The position numbers were made by a program, and so were the translations under genes. Source: an uncultured bacterium (lineage in GTDB: Bacteria > Verrucomicrobiota > Verrucomicrobiia > Limisphaerales > UBA8199). Taken from it: 64,000 bases of DNA. Numbering within the stretch: position 1 is the first letter of the stretch; each line of letters begins with the position of its first letter. Shown here one piece after another: positions 52,333 through 61,699 of the stretch. A model generated the notes under the pieces. The model saw nothing but the letters and a program-made list of their open reading frames with translations. It was not told the origin of the DNA and did no database searches. The DNA is taken from NCBI GenBank assembly GCA_963749495.1, contig CAVVMW010000023.1:64001-128000 (forward strand), in the 5' to 3' direction.

Positions 52333-52552
52333 CATCCTGAAAGGATGGGAGTCACTCAGCCCAGGGTTGCCCTGCCCTTTCGCAAGAAAGGGCGGGGCTA
52401 CCCTGGGGCCAAGCCACCAAATCCTGGAAACCCTGAAAGGGTTTCAGCAGCGGGGATACAACCCTTTCAGGGTAGTTGCTCAGAGGGCGCGTGACCCAGG
52501 GTAGCGCGTGCCGCGCAACCCCTGGGCTGAGTGATCAGAAGCCCTTCGGGCT
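52333..52552. repeat. REPIN-like element, family E (CCCTGAAAGGG / CCCAGGGT..ACCCTGGG hairpins)
   Basis: tcactcagcccaggg..aaccctgaaagggtt | aaccctttcagggt..ccctgggctgagtga inverted organisation. Confidence 0.85.
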
Positions 52553-52718
52553 AGTGAGAGGGGTCCCTCGGGCCTCTCTCGCGTGGTGCTACCCGCCAGA
52601 TGCCCCTGTCCAGCCGCAATTCTATCTTGCGAACCTGTTGAGCAGGCTACATTCTTTCCCTGGTGCGAGCGTCGGCTCGAACGGGCAACCGACCTGAGCG
52701 AATCCTGAGTGACCTGTT

Positions 52719-54812
52719 ATGAAAGAATATCAACCTGGTGACATCCGCAATTTCGCAATCGTAGGCCATGCTTCGTCCGGCAAAACCATGCTCAGCGAGA
52801 GCATGCTGGCGTGCGCCGGCGTGATCAACCGCCTCGGCAGCATCCCCGCGGGGTCCACGGTGTCCGATTATCATGAGAGCGAGCAGCACCGGCAGATCTC
52901 CGTCTGGACCAGCCTCCTGCACTTGGATTGGCAGGACAAGAAGCTCAACGTCCTGGATTGTCCCGGGTATGCCGATTTCATCAGCGAGGGCCTGGGCGCC
53001 TTGCGAGTGAGCGATTTTGCGGTGCTGGTGGTCCATGCCAACCACGGCCCCGGCGTCGGCACCGACGCCATGTGGAAATACGCGACGCAGCTCGGCATCC
53101 CAAAGGTGATCGTGGTCAACGCGTTCGACAAGGAAGAGACCGATTTCCAGAAGACCCTGACTCAACTGCGCGAGCGCTACGGGGAGCGCATCTTCCCCCT
53201 GGCCGTCCCGGTCAACGCCGGCCCCGGCTTCAACCAGGTCCTCGATGTCCAGCGCAATGCCCTCCTGACCTACGCCTCCGACAAGAGCGGCAAGTTCACC
53301 GAGGCCCCGGCCGCCGGCGCCCTGGCCGAACGCGCCAAGGCCCTGCACAACCAGCTCATCGAGTTCATTGCCGAGTCCGACGACGCGCTCCTGGAGCGGT
53401 TCTTCGCCCAGGGCGGGCTGTCCGACGACGAGATGCGCGCCAGCCTGCACACCGCCCTTCAGAAACAGGTCTTCACTCCGCTCTTCGTCACCTCGGCCGA
53501 CAACAACATCGGCGTCGCCCGTTTGCTGGATTTCATCGCCAAGTACGGCTTCTCCCCCGCCGACTCTCCCAAGGCCAAGGCCGCCGATGCCGAAGGCCAG
53601 GAGGTCCAAATCGCCTTGTCCGACCCCGACCCGGTCCTCTTTGTCTTCAAGACCATGAGCGAGGCCCAGTTCGGCGAGCTCTCCTTCTTCCGCGTCTATT
53701 CCGGCTCCATCAAGTTCGGCAGCGAACTCTACAACACCGACCGCCGCAGCACCGAGAAGATCGGCCAGATTTATCTCCTCAACGGCAAGACCCGCACCAG
53801 CGTCCCCACTTTGAGCGCCGGCGACATCGGCGCCGTCGTCAAGCTCAAGGACACGCAGACCGGCAATACCCTCTGCATTGCCAAGAAACCGGTCTGGTTG
53901 CCCAAGGTCGAGTACCCCAAGCCCAACATCCATGCCTCGCTCAAGAGCGGGGTCAAGGGCGAAGAGGACAAGATCGCCTCCGGCCTGGCCGCCCTGCACC
54001 ACGAAGACCCGACCTTCCTTTACATGGTCGATTCGGAGTTGCGTCAGACCATCGTCTCGGCCCAGGGCGAGTTGCACCTGGAGGTCATCGCCGACCACCT
54101 GCGCCGCCGCTACAACGTCCATGTCGAGTTGAGCGAGCCCCGCGTCCGCTACCGCGAGACCATCAAGGCCCGCGGCGAATCCAAATACCGCCACAAAAAG
54201 CAGACCGGCGGCGCCGGCCAATTCGCCGAAGTCTGGATGCGCATCGAACCCAAGCCGCGCGACACCGGCGTCGAGTTCACCCAGTCCCTCAGCGGCCAGA
54301 ACGTGGACCGCGTCTTCGTGCCGTCGGTCGAAAAGGGCGTCATGAAGGCCTGCGAAGAGGGCATCCTGGCCGGTTACCGCGTGGTGGACGTGAAGATCGA
54401 CTTCTACGATGGCAAGATGCACCCGGTGGACTCGAAGGATATCGCCTTCCAGATCGCCGGCTATTTCGGATTCAAAGAGGCCTTTAACCTGGCCCGCCCG
54501 TGCCTGCTCGAACCGATCCACCTGGTCGAAATCCGCATCCCGGAGGACTGCATGGGCAAGGTCATGGGCGACCTCTCCAGCCGCCGCGGCAAGATCCAGG
54601 GCATGGACATGGAAGGCGGGGTCCAGCTCATCAAGGCCCACGTCCCGGCCAAAGAGCTCTACCGCTACTCCAGCACCCTCCGCTCTCTGACCGGCGGACG
54701 CGGCCTCCACGCCGAGTCCTTCAGCCACTACGAAGAAATGCCCCGCGACGCCGAGGCCAAGGTCATCGAGGAAAGCAAGAAGGCACGCCAGCAGCAAGCG
54801 GCCGAGGGCTAG
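52719..54812 (+). CDS. fusA: Elongation factor G paralog (EF-G2 type)
   Basis: IRNFAIVGHASSGKT, DCPGYADF, GELHLE, HKKQTGGAGQFAEV, DGKMHPVDS, LRSLTGGRG; divergent G1 and not in an str operon. Confidence 0.9.
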   Translation: MKEYQPGDIRNFAIVGHASSGKTMLSESMLACAGVINRLGSIPAGSTVSDYHESEQHRQISVWTSLLHLDWQDKKLNVLDCPGYADFISEGLGALRVSDFAVLVVHANHGPGVGTDAMWKYATQLGIPKVIVVNAFDKEETDFQKTLTQLRERYGERIFPLAVPVNAGPGFNQVLDVQRNALLTYASDKSGKFTEAPAAGALAERAKALHNQLIEFIAESDDALLERFFAQGGLSDDEMRASLHTALQKQVFTPLFVTSADNNIGVARLLDFIAKYGFSPADSPKAKAADAEGQEVQIALSDPDPVLFVFKTMSEAQFGELSFFRVYSGSIKFGSELYNTDRRSTEKIGQIYLLNGKTRTSVPTLSAGDIGAVVKLKDTQTGNTLCIAKKPVWLPKVEYPKPNIHASLKSGVKGEEDKIASGLAALHHEDPTFLYMVDSELRQTIVSAQGELHLEVIADHLRRRYNVHVELSEPRVRYRETIKARGESKYRHKKQTGGAGQFAEVWMRIEPKPRDTGVEFTQSLSGQNVDRVFVPSVEKGVMKACEEGILAGYRVVDVKIDFYDGKMHPVDSKDIAFQIAGYFGFKEAFNLARPCLLEPIHLVEIRIPEDCMGKVMGDLSSRRGKIQGMDMEGGVQLIKAHVPAKELYRYSSTLRSLTGGRGLHAESFSHYEEMPRDAEAKVIEESKKARQQQAAEG

Positions 54813-54818
54813 CTCCGG

Positions 54819-54937
54819 ACCTTCGTCGTGGCCTTTGTCGCGACCTTTGTCGGGTTGGCCGTGCCTCGACAAAGGTCGCGACAAAGGTTGCGACAAAGGT
54901 CAGGGATCGGAGCTTCCAGGTTAATTTTGCCAGCCGC
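54819..54937. repeat. Inverted 12-mer (CGACAAAGG) element with a conserved tail
   Basis: Arrays plus tail GATCGGAGCTTCCAGGTTAATTTTGCCAGCCGC, shared with 63380-63417. Confidence 0.88.
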
Positions 54938-54949
54938 TCCCGCGCGGAG

Positions 54950-56461
54950 CTACTCCAAGTTCCACGTCCTGGGCACCTCGACGAGGTCCGAGCGCGTGCG
55001 GCCCTTCTCGGTGATGCGTGCCAGGAAATAGACGTTGCCGTTGCTGCCCACGGCGATTGAATTGACATAGAGCGGGCGCTGGCCGTTCTCGTAAAAGATC
55101 GCGCCGCGGTCGGTGTACTTGCCCTCGGGGATATCGTAGGTCACCAGGTGCAAGTCCTCCAAGCCCTTGGCCTCGCCCATGGCCGTGCTGGACTTGCCGG
55201 CCAGGCGCTTGCCCTCCACATAAATGGGCGCGCCGGTCAGGTAATGCAGCGTGCGCCCATCCGGCCCGAGCGTGAAACCGAGGTAACCGTAGCTGAACTG
55301 GTCGAACATCCCTGAGCGTTTGGAAGGTTCCGAGGTCAGCCGCTCCAGCACCTCCAGACGCGGCACGTCCGGCTCGAACCGGAACAAGTAGCCCGAGTTG
55401 CCGTGTACGCCATAAATGGACTGGGTCCGAGGCTCCCAAACCGTTTGGCGCCAGTTGTAGCCCATGTGCCCCGGCGAGGCCGGGTCATACAGCCCAAAGT
55501 AATCCTTCTTCATCTCCTCGCCCGCCACGGGCTGGAATGAATCGGCCTGGGGGCTATAGACCATGATGGCGCCCTCGGAGGTCGTGAACCAGGCGCGCCC
55601 GCTTTCCGGGTCCACGCAGATCGAGCGGCAAATCGTCCGGTAGGCGGCGCCTTTGCCGTCTTCGCCCTCCGCGCACGTCTTGCCCAGGTTCTTGAATTGC
55701 CGCTGCGCCAGGTCATAGCGGAAGAAACAGCCCGACGGCCAGGTCAGCCCGAAGATGCGGCCGTGGCGCCTGTCCATGTTCATCGCCAGGACCCCTTCGC
55801 GTCCCGGCACGATGCCAAAGTCCTCGAACGAGCCCGCTTTCAAGTCGTAGGCCAGCAGGTGCCCGCCCGGATAGGGTTTGTAGCCGGGCGGCGGCACGCC
55901 CATCTTCTCCATGCCGTCAATGATGGTATAAACGCCCACGTGGGTGGCGAAATAGAGTTTGCCGCCGGTCTCGACGAAGTTGACGTGGCTCTTGCCCTGG
56001 GGAATCGCCTTGAGGGCCTTTTCACCGCAGACCTCCGTCAAATCGGCCAGGTGCCGGATCTTCCGTGCAGCAGGGTCGAAGCTGAACATCTGCGCGCCCA
56101 CGTCAATCAATTCGGAGCTGAGCACGTAATAAATCAGGCCGTCGCTCCCCCGTCCCATGGCGTTGTAAGTGTCATGCCCCTGCGTAAAGCCGGAGTCGTA
56201 GGTGCGGGCGGCCAACTTGGGTGATTCCGCTGCGCTTGCGGGCGCCGCCCACGCCAGCCAGAGCAGGCAGGACAGGAGGATGCTGGGCGATTTCCATGGA
56301 CCGCCCCGAAGTCCGCAAGGTTTTGGACTGCGGCAGTCCTCTGCCGCTTTAGCGTCCCCAGGGTCCAAAAAGCGGCAGAGGACTGCCGCAGTCCAAAACG
56401 CTGCGCGCCGGGCGACGACCCTCGGGTTCAAGTTCCCAAGGCGGGGTTTGAGACATTTCAT
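54950..56461 (-). CDS. Secreted hypothetical (beta-propeller-like) protein with a REP element in its N-terminal signal region
   Basis: Intact 503-aa ORF; h-region ILLSCLLWLAWAAPASA; repeated YD/FD strand motifs (PQGKSHV, YPGGHLLAYD). Confidence 0.78.
   Translation of the reverse strand: MKCLKPRLGNLNPRVVARRAAFWTAAVLCRFLDPGDAKAAEDCRSPKPCGLRGGPWKSPSILLSCLLWLAWAAPASAAESPKLAARTYDSGFTQGHDTYNAMGRGSDGLIYYVLSSELIDVGAQMFSFDPAARKIRHLADLTEVCGEKALKAIPQGKSHVNFVETGGKLYFATHVGVYTIIDGMEKMGVPPPGYKPYPGGHLLAYDLKAGSFEDFGIVPGREGVLAMNMDRRHGRIFGLTWPSGCFFRYDLAQRQFKNLGKTCAEGEDGKGAAYRTICRSICVDPESGRAWFTTSEGAIMVYSPQADSFQPVAGEEMKKDYFGLYDPASPGHMGYNWRQTVWEPRTQSIYGVHGNSGYLFRFEPDVPRLEVLERLTSEPSKRSGMFDQFSYGYLGFTLGPDGRTLHYLTGAPIYVEGKRLAGKSSTAMGEAKGLEDLHLVTYDIPEGKYTDRGAIFYENGQRPLYVNSIAVGSNGNVYFLARITEKGRTRSDLVEVPRTWNLE
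56320..56400. repeat. REP doublet, family C
   Basis: gttttggactgcggcagtcctctgccgcttt ... aaagcggcagaggactgccgcagtccaaaac, perfect arms. Confidence 0.92.
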
Positions 56462-56479
56462 AAGGATGGGGTCTAGTTT

Positions 56480-56713
56480 CTAGCGGTCTTGAACAGTGCC
56501 GCCCACCTGGGCTTGGGGTTGGGGCTCCGGTTCGTGGGACTTGCGCCCATGGACCTTCTCGTAGGCGCGGCAAAACGGGCAGAGCTTCTCGAAGGTCTTG
56601 ACCACCCAGAACGCCAGGCCCGCCTGTTTGCGCCGCGCGCGCCGGCAAACCGGGCACTGCGCGCTGCGCTGAGCCAGGAACCGTGTCCGGGCGCTGACGG
56701 CTCGCTCTGTCAT
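56480..56713 (-). CDS. Small Cys-rich hypothetical protein (CPVC...CPFC)
   Basis: QCPVCRRARRKQAGLAFWVVKTFEKLCPFCRAYEKVHGRKSHEP. Confidence 0.7.
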   Translation of the reverse strand: MTERAVSARTRFLAQRSAQCPVCRRARRKQAGLAFWVVKTFEKLCPFCRAYEKVHGRKSHEPEPQPQAQVGGTVQDR

Positions 56714-56876
56714 GCGCCGATTGTTGTCAGGCGACCCACGAACGTCAATCCCGACTTTCCGGAGATCCTTCTGAAAGGATGATTTTGCCACCAATGATTC
56801 TGCCTTGTTCAATGGTTCTGCCCCGGCTGGATTCCTCCCTTTACATTCCCAAACGGATCGCGCAACTTACCGGGAC

Positions 56877-57956
56877 ATGTTGAGATTCGGGATGCGTCTA
56901 TTATCAATGGTGATGCTGCTGTTGGTGGGCAGCCCGCGGTTGCTGCGCGCAGGGGCAGACGAGGCGTCACCCAATTTTGCGGAGGTTTATGAGGCCATTC
57001 GTGCCCACCTGGCGGGGGCAAACGATTCGGAGCTGAACCGCGCCGCCGTGCAGGGGCTGATCTCGGCCCTGGCGCCGAAGGTCTCGCTGGTGACCAACCA
57101 GAGCCAGCCCGCAGAGAGCGGCGTCGAGACCTCGCCGCTGAGCAAATCGAGCGTGTTCGATGAGGCCATCGCTTACATGCGGGTCGAGCGCATCGGCGGG
57201 GGCCTGGCCGAGGCGCTGCGGGATGCGTGCGCCCGGCTGGGCAGGACCAATCAACTCAAAGGGCTGGTCCTGGACCTGCGCTACGCCGGGGGCGCCGACT
57301 ATGCGGCTGCGGCGGCCACTGCGGACCTGTTCGCCAAGCAAGAGCGTCTGCTCTTGAACTGGGGCGCCGGCATGAGGCAATCCAAGGCCAAAAGCGACGC
57401 CATCTCTCTTCCCGTCGTCGTGCTGGTCAACCGGCAGACGGCCGGGGCAGCAGAGGCCCTGGCGGCGCTGGTGCGCGAGCTCGGAGCCGGCTTGATCCTG
57501 GGCGGCAAGACCGCCGGCCAGGCCATGATCGCCCAGGAATACCCGCTTAAGAACGGCGACCGCCTGCGCATTGTCACCACCCCGATTCAAATGGGCGACG
57601 GCTCGGTGCTCTCCGAGGGCGTCAAGCCGGACATCGCGGTCGAGGTCAGCCCGCAGGAGGAGCGGGCCTACTACGGGGATGCCTACCGGGCAGCAGGTGC
57701 GCCCGGCCTGGCCGGGACCGGGCCGGGGCAGACCAACTCCTCCCTGGCCCTTGCGCCGGGCACCAACGCGGCGCGGCGGTTGCGCTTGAACGAGGCCGAA
57801 CTGGTTCGGGAACGCCGCGAAGGGACATTTCCGGAGGCCGACCTGCCGGCGGCGCGCAATCGCGAGCCGGACAAGCCCCAGGTGCGCGACCCGGCGCTGG
57901 CCCGCGCGCTGGACCTGCTCAAGGGCCTGGCCGTGGTCCGCCAGGCGCGCTCTTGA
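56877..57956 (+). CDS. S41 (CtpA-like) peptidase-fold protein, probably inactive
   Basis: IAYMRV, GLVLDLRY, PVVVLVNRQTAGAAEALA, GVKPDIAV, DPALARALDLL. Confidence 0.82.
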   Translation: MLRFGMRLLSMVMLLLVGSPRLLRAGADEASPNFAEVYEAIRAHLAGANDSELNRAAVQGLISALAPKVSLVTNQSQPAESGVETSPLSKSSVFDEAIAYMRVERIGGGLAEALRDACARLGRTNQLKGLVLDLRYAGGADYAAAAATADLFAKQERLLLNWGAGMRQSKAKSDAISLPVVVLVNRQTAGAAEALAALVRELGAGLILGGKTAGQAMIAQEYPLKNGDRLRIVTTPIQMGDGSVLSEGVKPDIAVEVSPQEERAYYGDAYRAAGAPGLAGTGPGQTNSSLALAPGTNAARRLRLNEAELVRERREGTFPEADLPAARNREPDKPQVRDPALARALDLLKGLAVVRQARS

Positions 57957-58050
57957 TTCCAATGAGTCTCATCCTGAACGCGATGACGAACACGGTTCAG
58001 CGTTGACGCTCCCGTGACAGGCATCTCAGCTTAACGCGCCTGATGCTCAA

Positions 58051-60212
58051 ATGAAGACCATCCTCTTTGTTTGCACCGGCAACGTTTGCCGCAGCCCGAT
58101 GGCGGAGGGCCTCTTTCGGCACGCCGCTCGCGGACGGGGCGAGTACCGGGTGCTCTCGGCCGGACTGGGGGCCGTCGAAGGCCAGCCGCCCAGCCCCTAC
58201 GCCATCCAGGCCGTAAAGGAGTTGGGCATCGATATCTCGGGCCTGCGCAGCCGCTTGCTCAGCCCCGGACTGGTCCAGCAGGCCAACTATGTCTTCGGCA
58301 TGACCCACAGCCACATCAATACGGTCATGCTGCTCTACCCGCAGGCCGCCGAGAAGACCTTCCTGCTCCGGGAGTTCGATGAAACGCTGGACCTTTTCGA
58401 GAAGGACATCAGCGACCCCATTGGCGGGTCCTACGAAGTCTATCTCAACTGCCGCGACCAGATCGAGCAGGGGATTGTCTCGCTGCTGCGGTTCCTGGAG
58501 CCGGTCGAGGCGGTCGGCCAACCGGCCGCCCGGACGACCACCGTCGCCCTCGGTTCAGACCATGCCGGCTACCGGCTCAAGGAGGCCCTGCTGGAGCACC
58601 TGGAAAAGCGCGGGGTGAGCGTCGCCGACCATGGGACCCAATCCGAGGAGCCAGTCGACTATCCGGACTTTGCCTACGCGGTGGCGCGGAGCGTGGCGCT
58701 GCGCAAGGCGCAATTTGGCGTGCTGGTCTGCTCGACGGGCATCGGCATGAGCATCACCGCCAACAAGGTCCCGGGCGTTCGCGCCGCCCTGGCGTGCGAC
58801 GAAGAGGCCGCCGCCCTGGCGCGCGGGCACAACGACGCCAATGTCCTTTGCCTGGCTGCCAAGAGCACCTCGCCGGAGGCAGCCCGGAAGATCCTCGATG
58901 TCTTCCTGAGCACCCGCTTTGAAGGCGGCCGCCACGAGCGCCGCGTCAATAAAATGGAAACTCAAATCATCCCCATCGACTTGCGCCTGTGCGCCGTTGA
59001 CCCCGAGGTGGCCCGCGCCATCGAACAGGAACGCCAACGCCAGCAGGAGAATATCGAGTTAATCGCCAGCGAAAACTTCACCAGCCCCGCCGTCATGGAA
59101 GCCCAGGGGTCTGTGCTGACCAATAAATATGCCGAAGGCTACCCCGGGAAACGGTGGTACGGCGGCTGCGAACATGTCGATGTGGTCGAGCAACTGGCCA
59201 TCGACCGGGCCAAGCAGCTCTTTGGCGCGGAGCACGCCAACGTCCAGCCCCACTCGGGCAGCGGCGCCAACATGGCGGTCTATTTCGCCATGCTCAAGCC
59301 CGGCGACAGGATGCTGACCATGGATTTGTCCCATGGCGGCCACCTCACCCATGGCCACAAGGCCAACTTCTCCGGCAGGTTCTTCGAGATCGTCCACTAC
59401 GGCGTCAGCAAGGAGGACGAGCGCATCGATTACGACCAACTGGCCAAGATGGCCCGTGAGCACAAACCCAGGATGATCACCGTCGGCGCCAGCGCCTACC
59501 CCCGCCTCATCGATTTCGAGCGCCTCGGCGCTATCGCCCGCGAGGTCAGCGCCTACCTGCTCGCCGACATCGCCCACATCGCCGGCCTGGTGGCCACCGG
59601 CCTCCATCCCAGCCCCGTCCCTCACGCCGACTTTGTCACGACCACCACTCACAAGACCCTGCGCGGGCCGCGCGGCGGGCTGGTCCTGTGCAAGGAAGCC
59701 TACGCCAAGGAAATCGATTCCCAGACCTTCCCCGGCATCCAGGGCGGTCCCCTCATGCACGTCATCGCCGCCAAGGCGGTCTGTCTCCATGAGGCCCTCC
59801 AGCCCGGCTTCAAGAGCTACCAGGAGCAAATCGTGCGCAACGCCCGAGCCCTGGCAGAGGGCCTGCGGCGCAACAGCTTCCGCCTGGTCAGTGGCGGCAC
59901 CGATAACCACCTCATGCTGGTGGATGTGGGCGCCCGCAACGTCACCGGCAAGGAATGCCAGGGCGCCCTCGACCTGGCCGGCATCACCGTGAACAAGAAC
60001 ACCATCCCCTTCGAGACCCGCTCCCCGTTCCAGGCCAGCGGCATCCGCCTGGGCACCCCGGCGGTGACCACGCGCGGCATGAAAGAGCCGAGATGGCGGC
60101 CATCGCCGACATGATTTCCGAGGTCCTCATGGACCTCAAGAACACCGAGACGATTGGCAAGGTCCGCCAGCGCGTCCGCGAGCTCACCGCCCGGTTCCCG
60201 TTGCCGTACTGA
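58051..60212 (+). CDS. glyA: Triple fusion: LMW protein phosphatase - ribose-5-phosphate isomerase B - serine hydroxymethyltransferase; frameshift ~60088
   Basis: [74 protein letters not shown], all in one frame. Confidence 0.93.
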
Positions 60213-60216
60213 GCTG

Positions 60217-60242
60217 ATTCGTCATTCGTCATTCGTCATTCG
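60217..60242 (+). repeat. (ATTCGTC)n heptamer tract
   Basis: About 3.5 copies just after the glyA stop. Confidence 0.85.
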
Positions 60243-60278
60243 AAACCCCGCTGCCCACGGAGGCAGAGCGCGCCCCGC

Positions 60279-61483
60279 TCACCTGACGACCTCGAAGGCG
60301 AACCCCTTGAGGTACTCGGTCTCCGGTATCATGGGGATGATAGGATGGTCGGGGGCCTGGGAGAAGACGGCCACGCGGCGGAGCAGGCGGCGGGCGTCGA
60401 AGGCGGCGGCCAGCACCGTGTCCTGGAACAGGGCGGCGTCCACGTGGTGCGAGCAGCAGAAGGTGGCCAGGGTGCCGCCGGGCTTGAGCAGCTTGAGGGC
60501 GCGCAGGTGGATTTCCTTGTAGCCGCGCAGGGCATCGGGCACCGACGAGCGGTTCCGGGTAAAGGAGGGCGGGTCCAGCACGATGAGGTCCCAGCGCGGG
60601 ATGAGCTTCTCGTGCGGTTGCGTTGCCGTTTGGGCCTTGAGCCAGTCGAAGACGTTCACCGCCTCGAACGAGCACTTGCCCTCGAGGGCGTTGGCGGCGG
60701 CATTGCGTTGCGCGGTGGCGATGGCGCCGGCGCTCTGATCCAGCAGGCACACCTGGGCCGCCCCGGCCCGGGCGGCGTGCAGCCCGAAGCCGCCCGAGTA
60801 GCTGAAACAATCCAGCACCTGTCCGCCGCCGGCCAGTTCCGCCACCCGCCGGTAGTTGACCTGCTGATCCAAGTAAAGGCCGGTCTTGTGGCCGCCCAGG
60901 AGGTCCACCTCGAACCGCAGGCCGTTGAGCTGGATGTGGAACGGACCCTCGAGATGGCCGGCCAGCAGCCCGTTGGCGTCGGCCAGCCCTTCGAATTTGC
61001 GCGATGCCGCCTCGTTGCGCTCGACGATAGCGCGCGGGCAGAAGAGCGCCTGCAAGGCGGCCAGGATGAGCGGCTTCCTCTGTTCCATGCCCAGCGAGGA
61101 GATCTGCACCACCAGCGCGTCCTGGTATTTGTCCACGATCAGGCCGCTCAGCGAATCGCTCTCCGCGTTCACGACCCGGAATGAGGCCGCCCCGGGCAGG
61201 TGCTTTTCCCGGACGGCCAGCGCCGCGCGTATGCGGCCTTCGAAAAACCGTTGGTCCACCTCCACCCGCTCCGGCCAGAGGACCCGGACATTGATCTTGG
61301 ACCTCGAATTATAGAACCCCACCCCCAGGAATCGCTGGCGGTGGTCCTTGACCTGGACCAAGTCGCCGTCGGCCGCCGGGTGGGTCAGCCGGAGGATCGC
61401 TCCATGATAAATCCACGGATGGCCCGCCACGATGCGGTCCGCCTCGCCCGGCCTCAACAGGTACCTGTCGGCAATGTCTCCAT
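60279..61483 (-). CDS. rlmI: RlmI-like 23S rRNA m5C methyltransferase (probable indel near the start)
   Basis: GHPWIY PUA region, ESDSLSGLIVDKY, GHKTGLYLDQ, DCFSYSGGF, LDPPSF, DHP..PETEYLK. Confidence 0.88.
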
Positions 61484-61533
61484 AGTGTGCCTGTCGGGCT
61501 CCCAACATAGACGTTGCTCCCAAAGTATCCAGA

Positions 61534-61643
61534 CAGGAGTTTCCCGAATGACGAATGACGAATGACGAATGACGAATGACGAAATTGCACCTGGCTGCGC
61601 CCATTCGGCCATTCGTCATTCGTCATTCGTCATTCAGTCCTCT
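61534..61643. repeat. Inverted heptamer module (GAATGAC)x5 - spacer - (ATTCGTC)x3-4
   Basis: Homolog of 18123-18246 in the opposite orientation. Confidence 0.92.
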
Positions 61644-61699
61644 GCCCCACATTTCCCTCAAGCTCCTGTCGGAACAGCCGATAGATCCGCTCAGGACAT

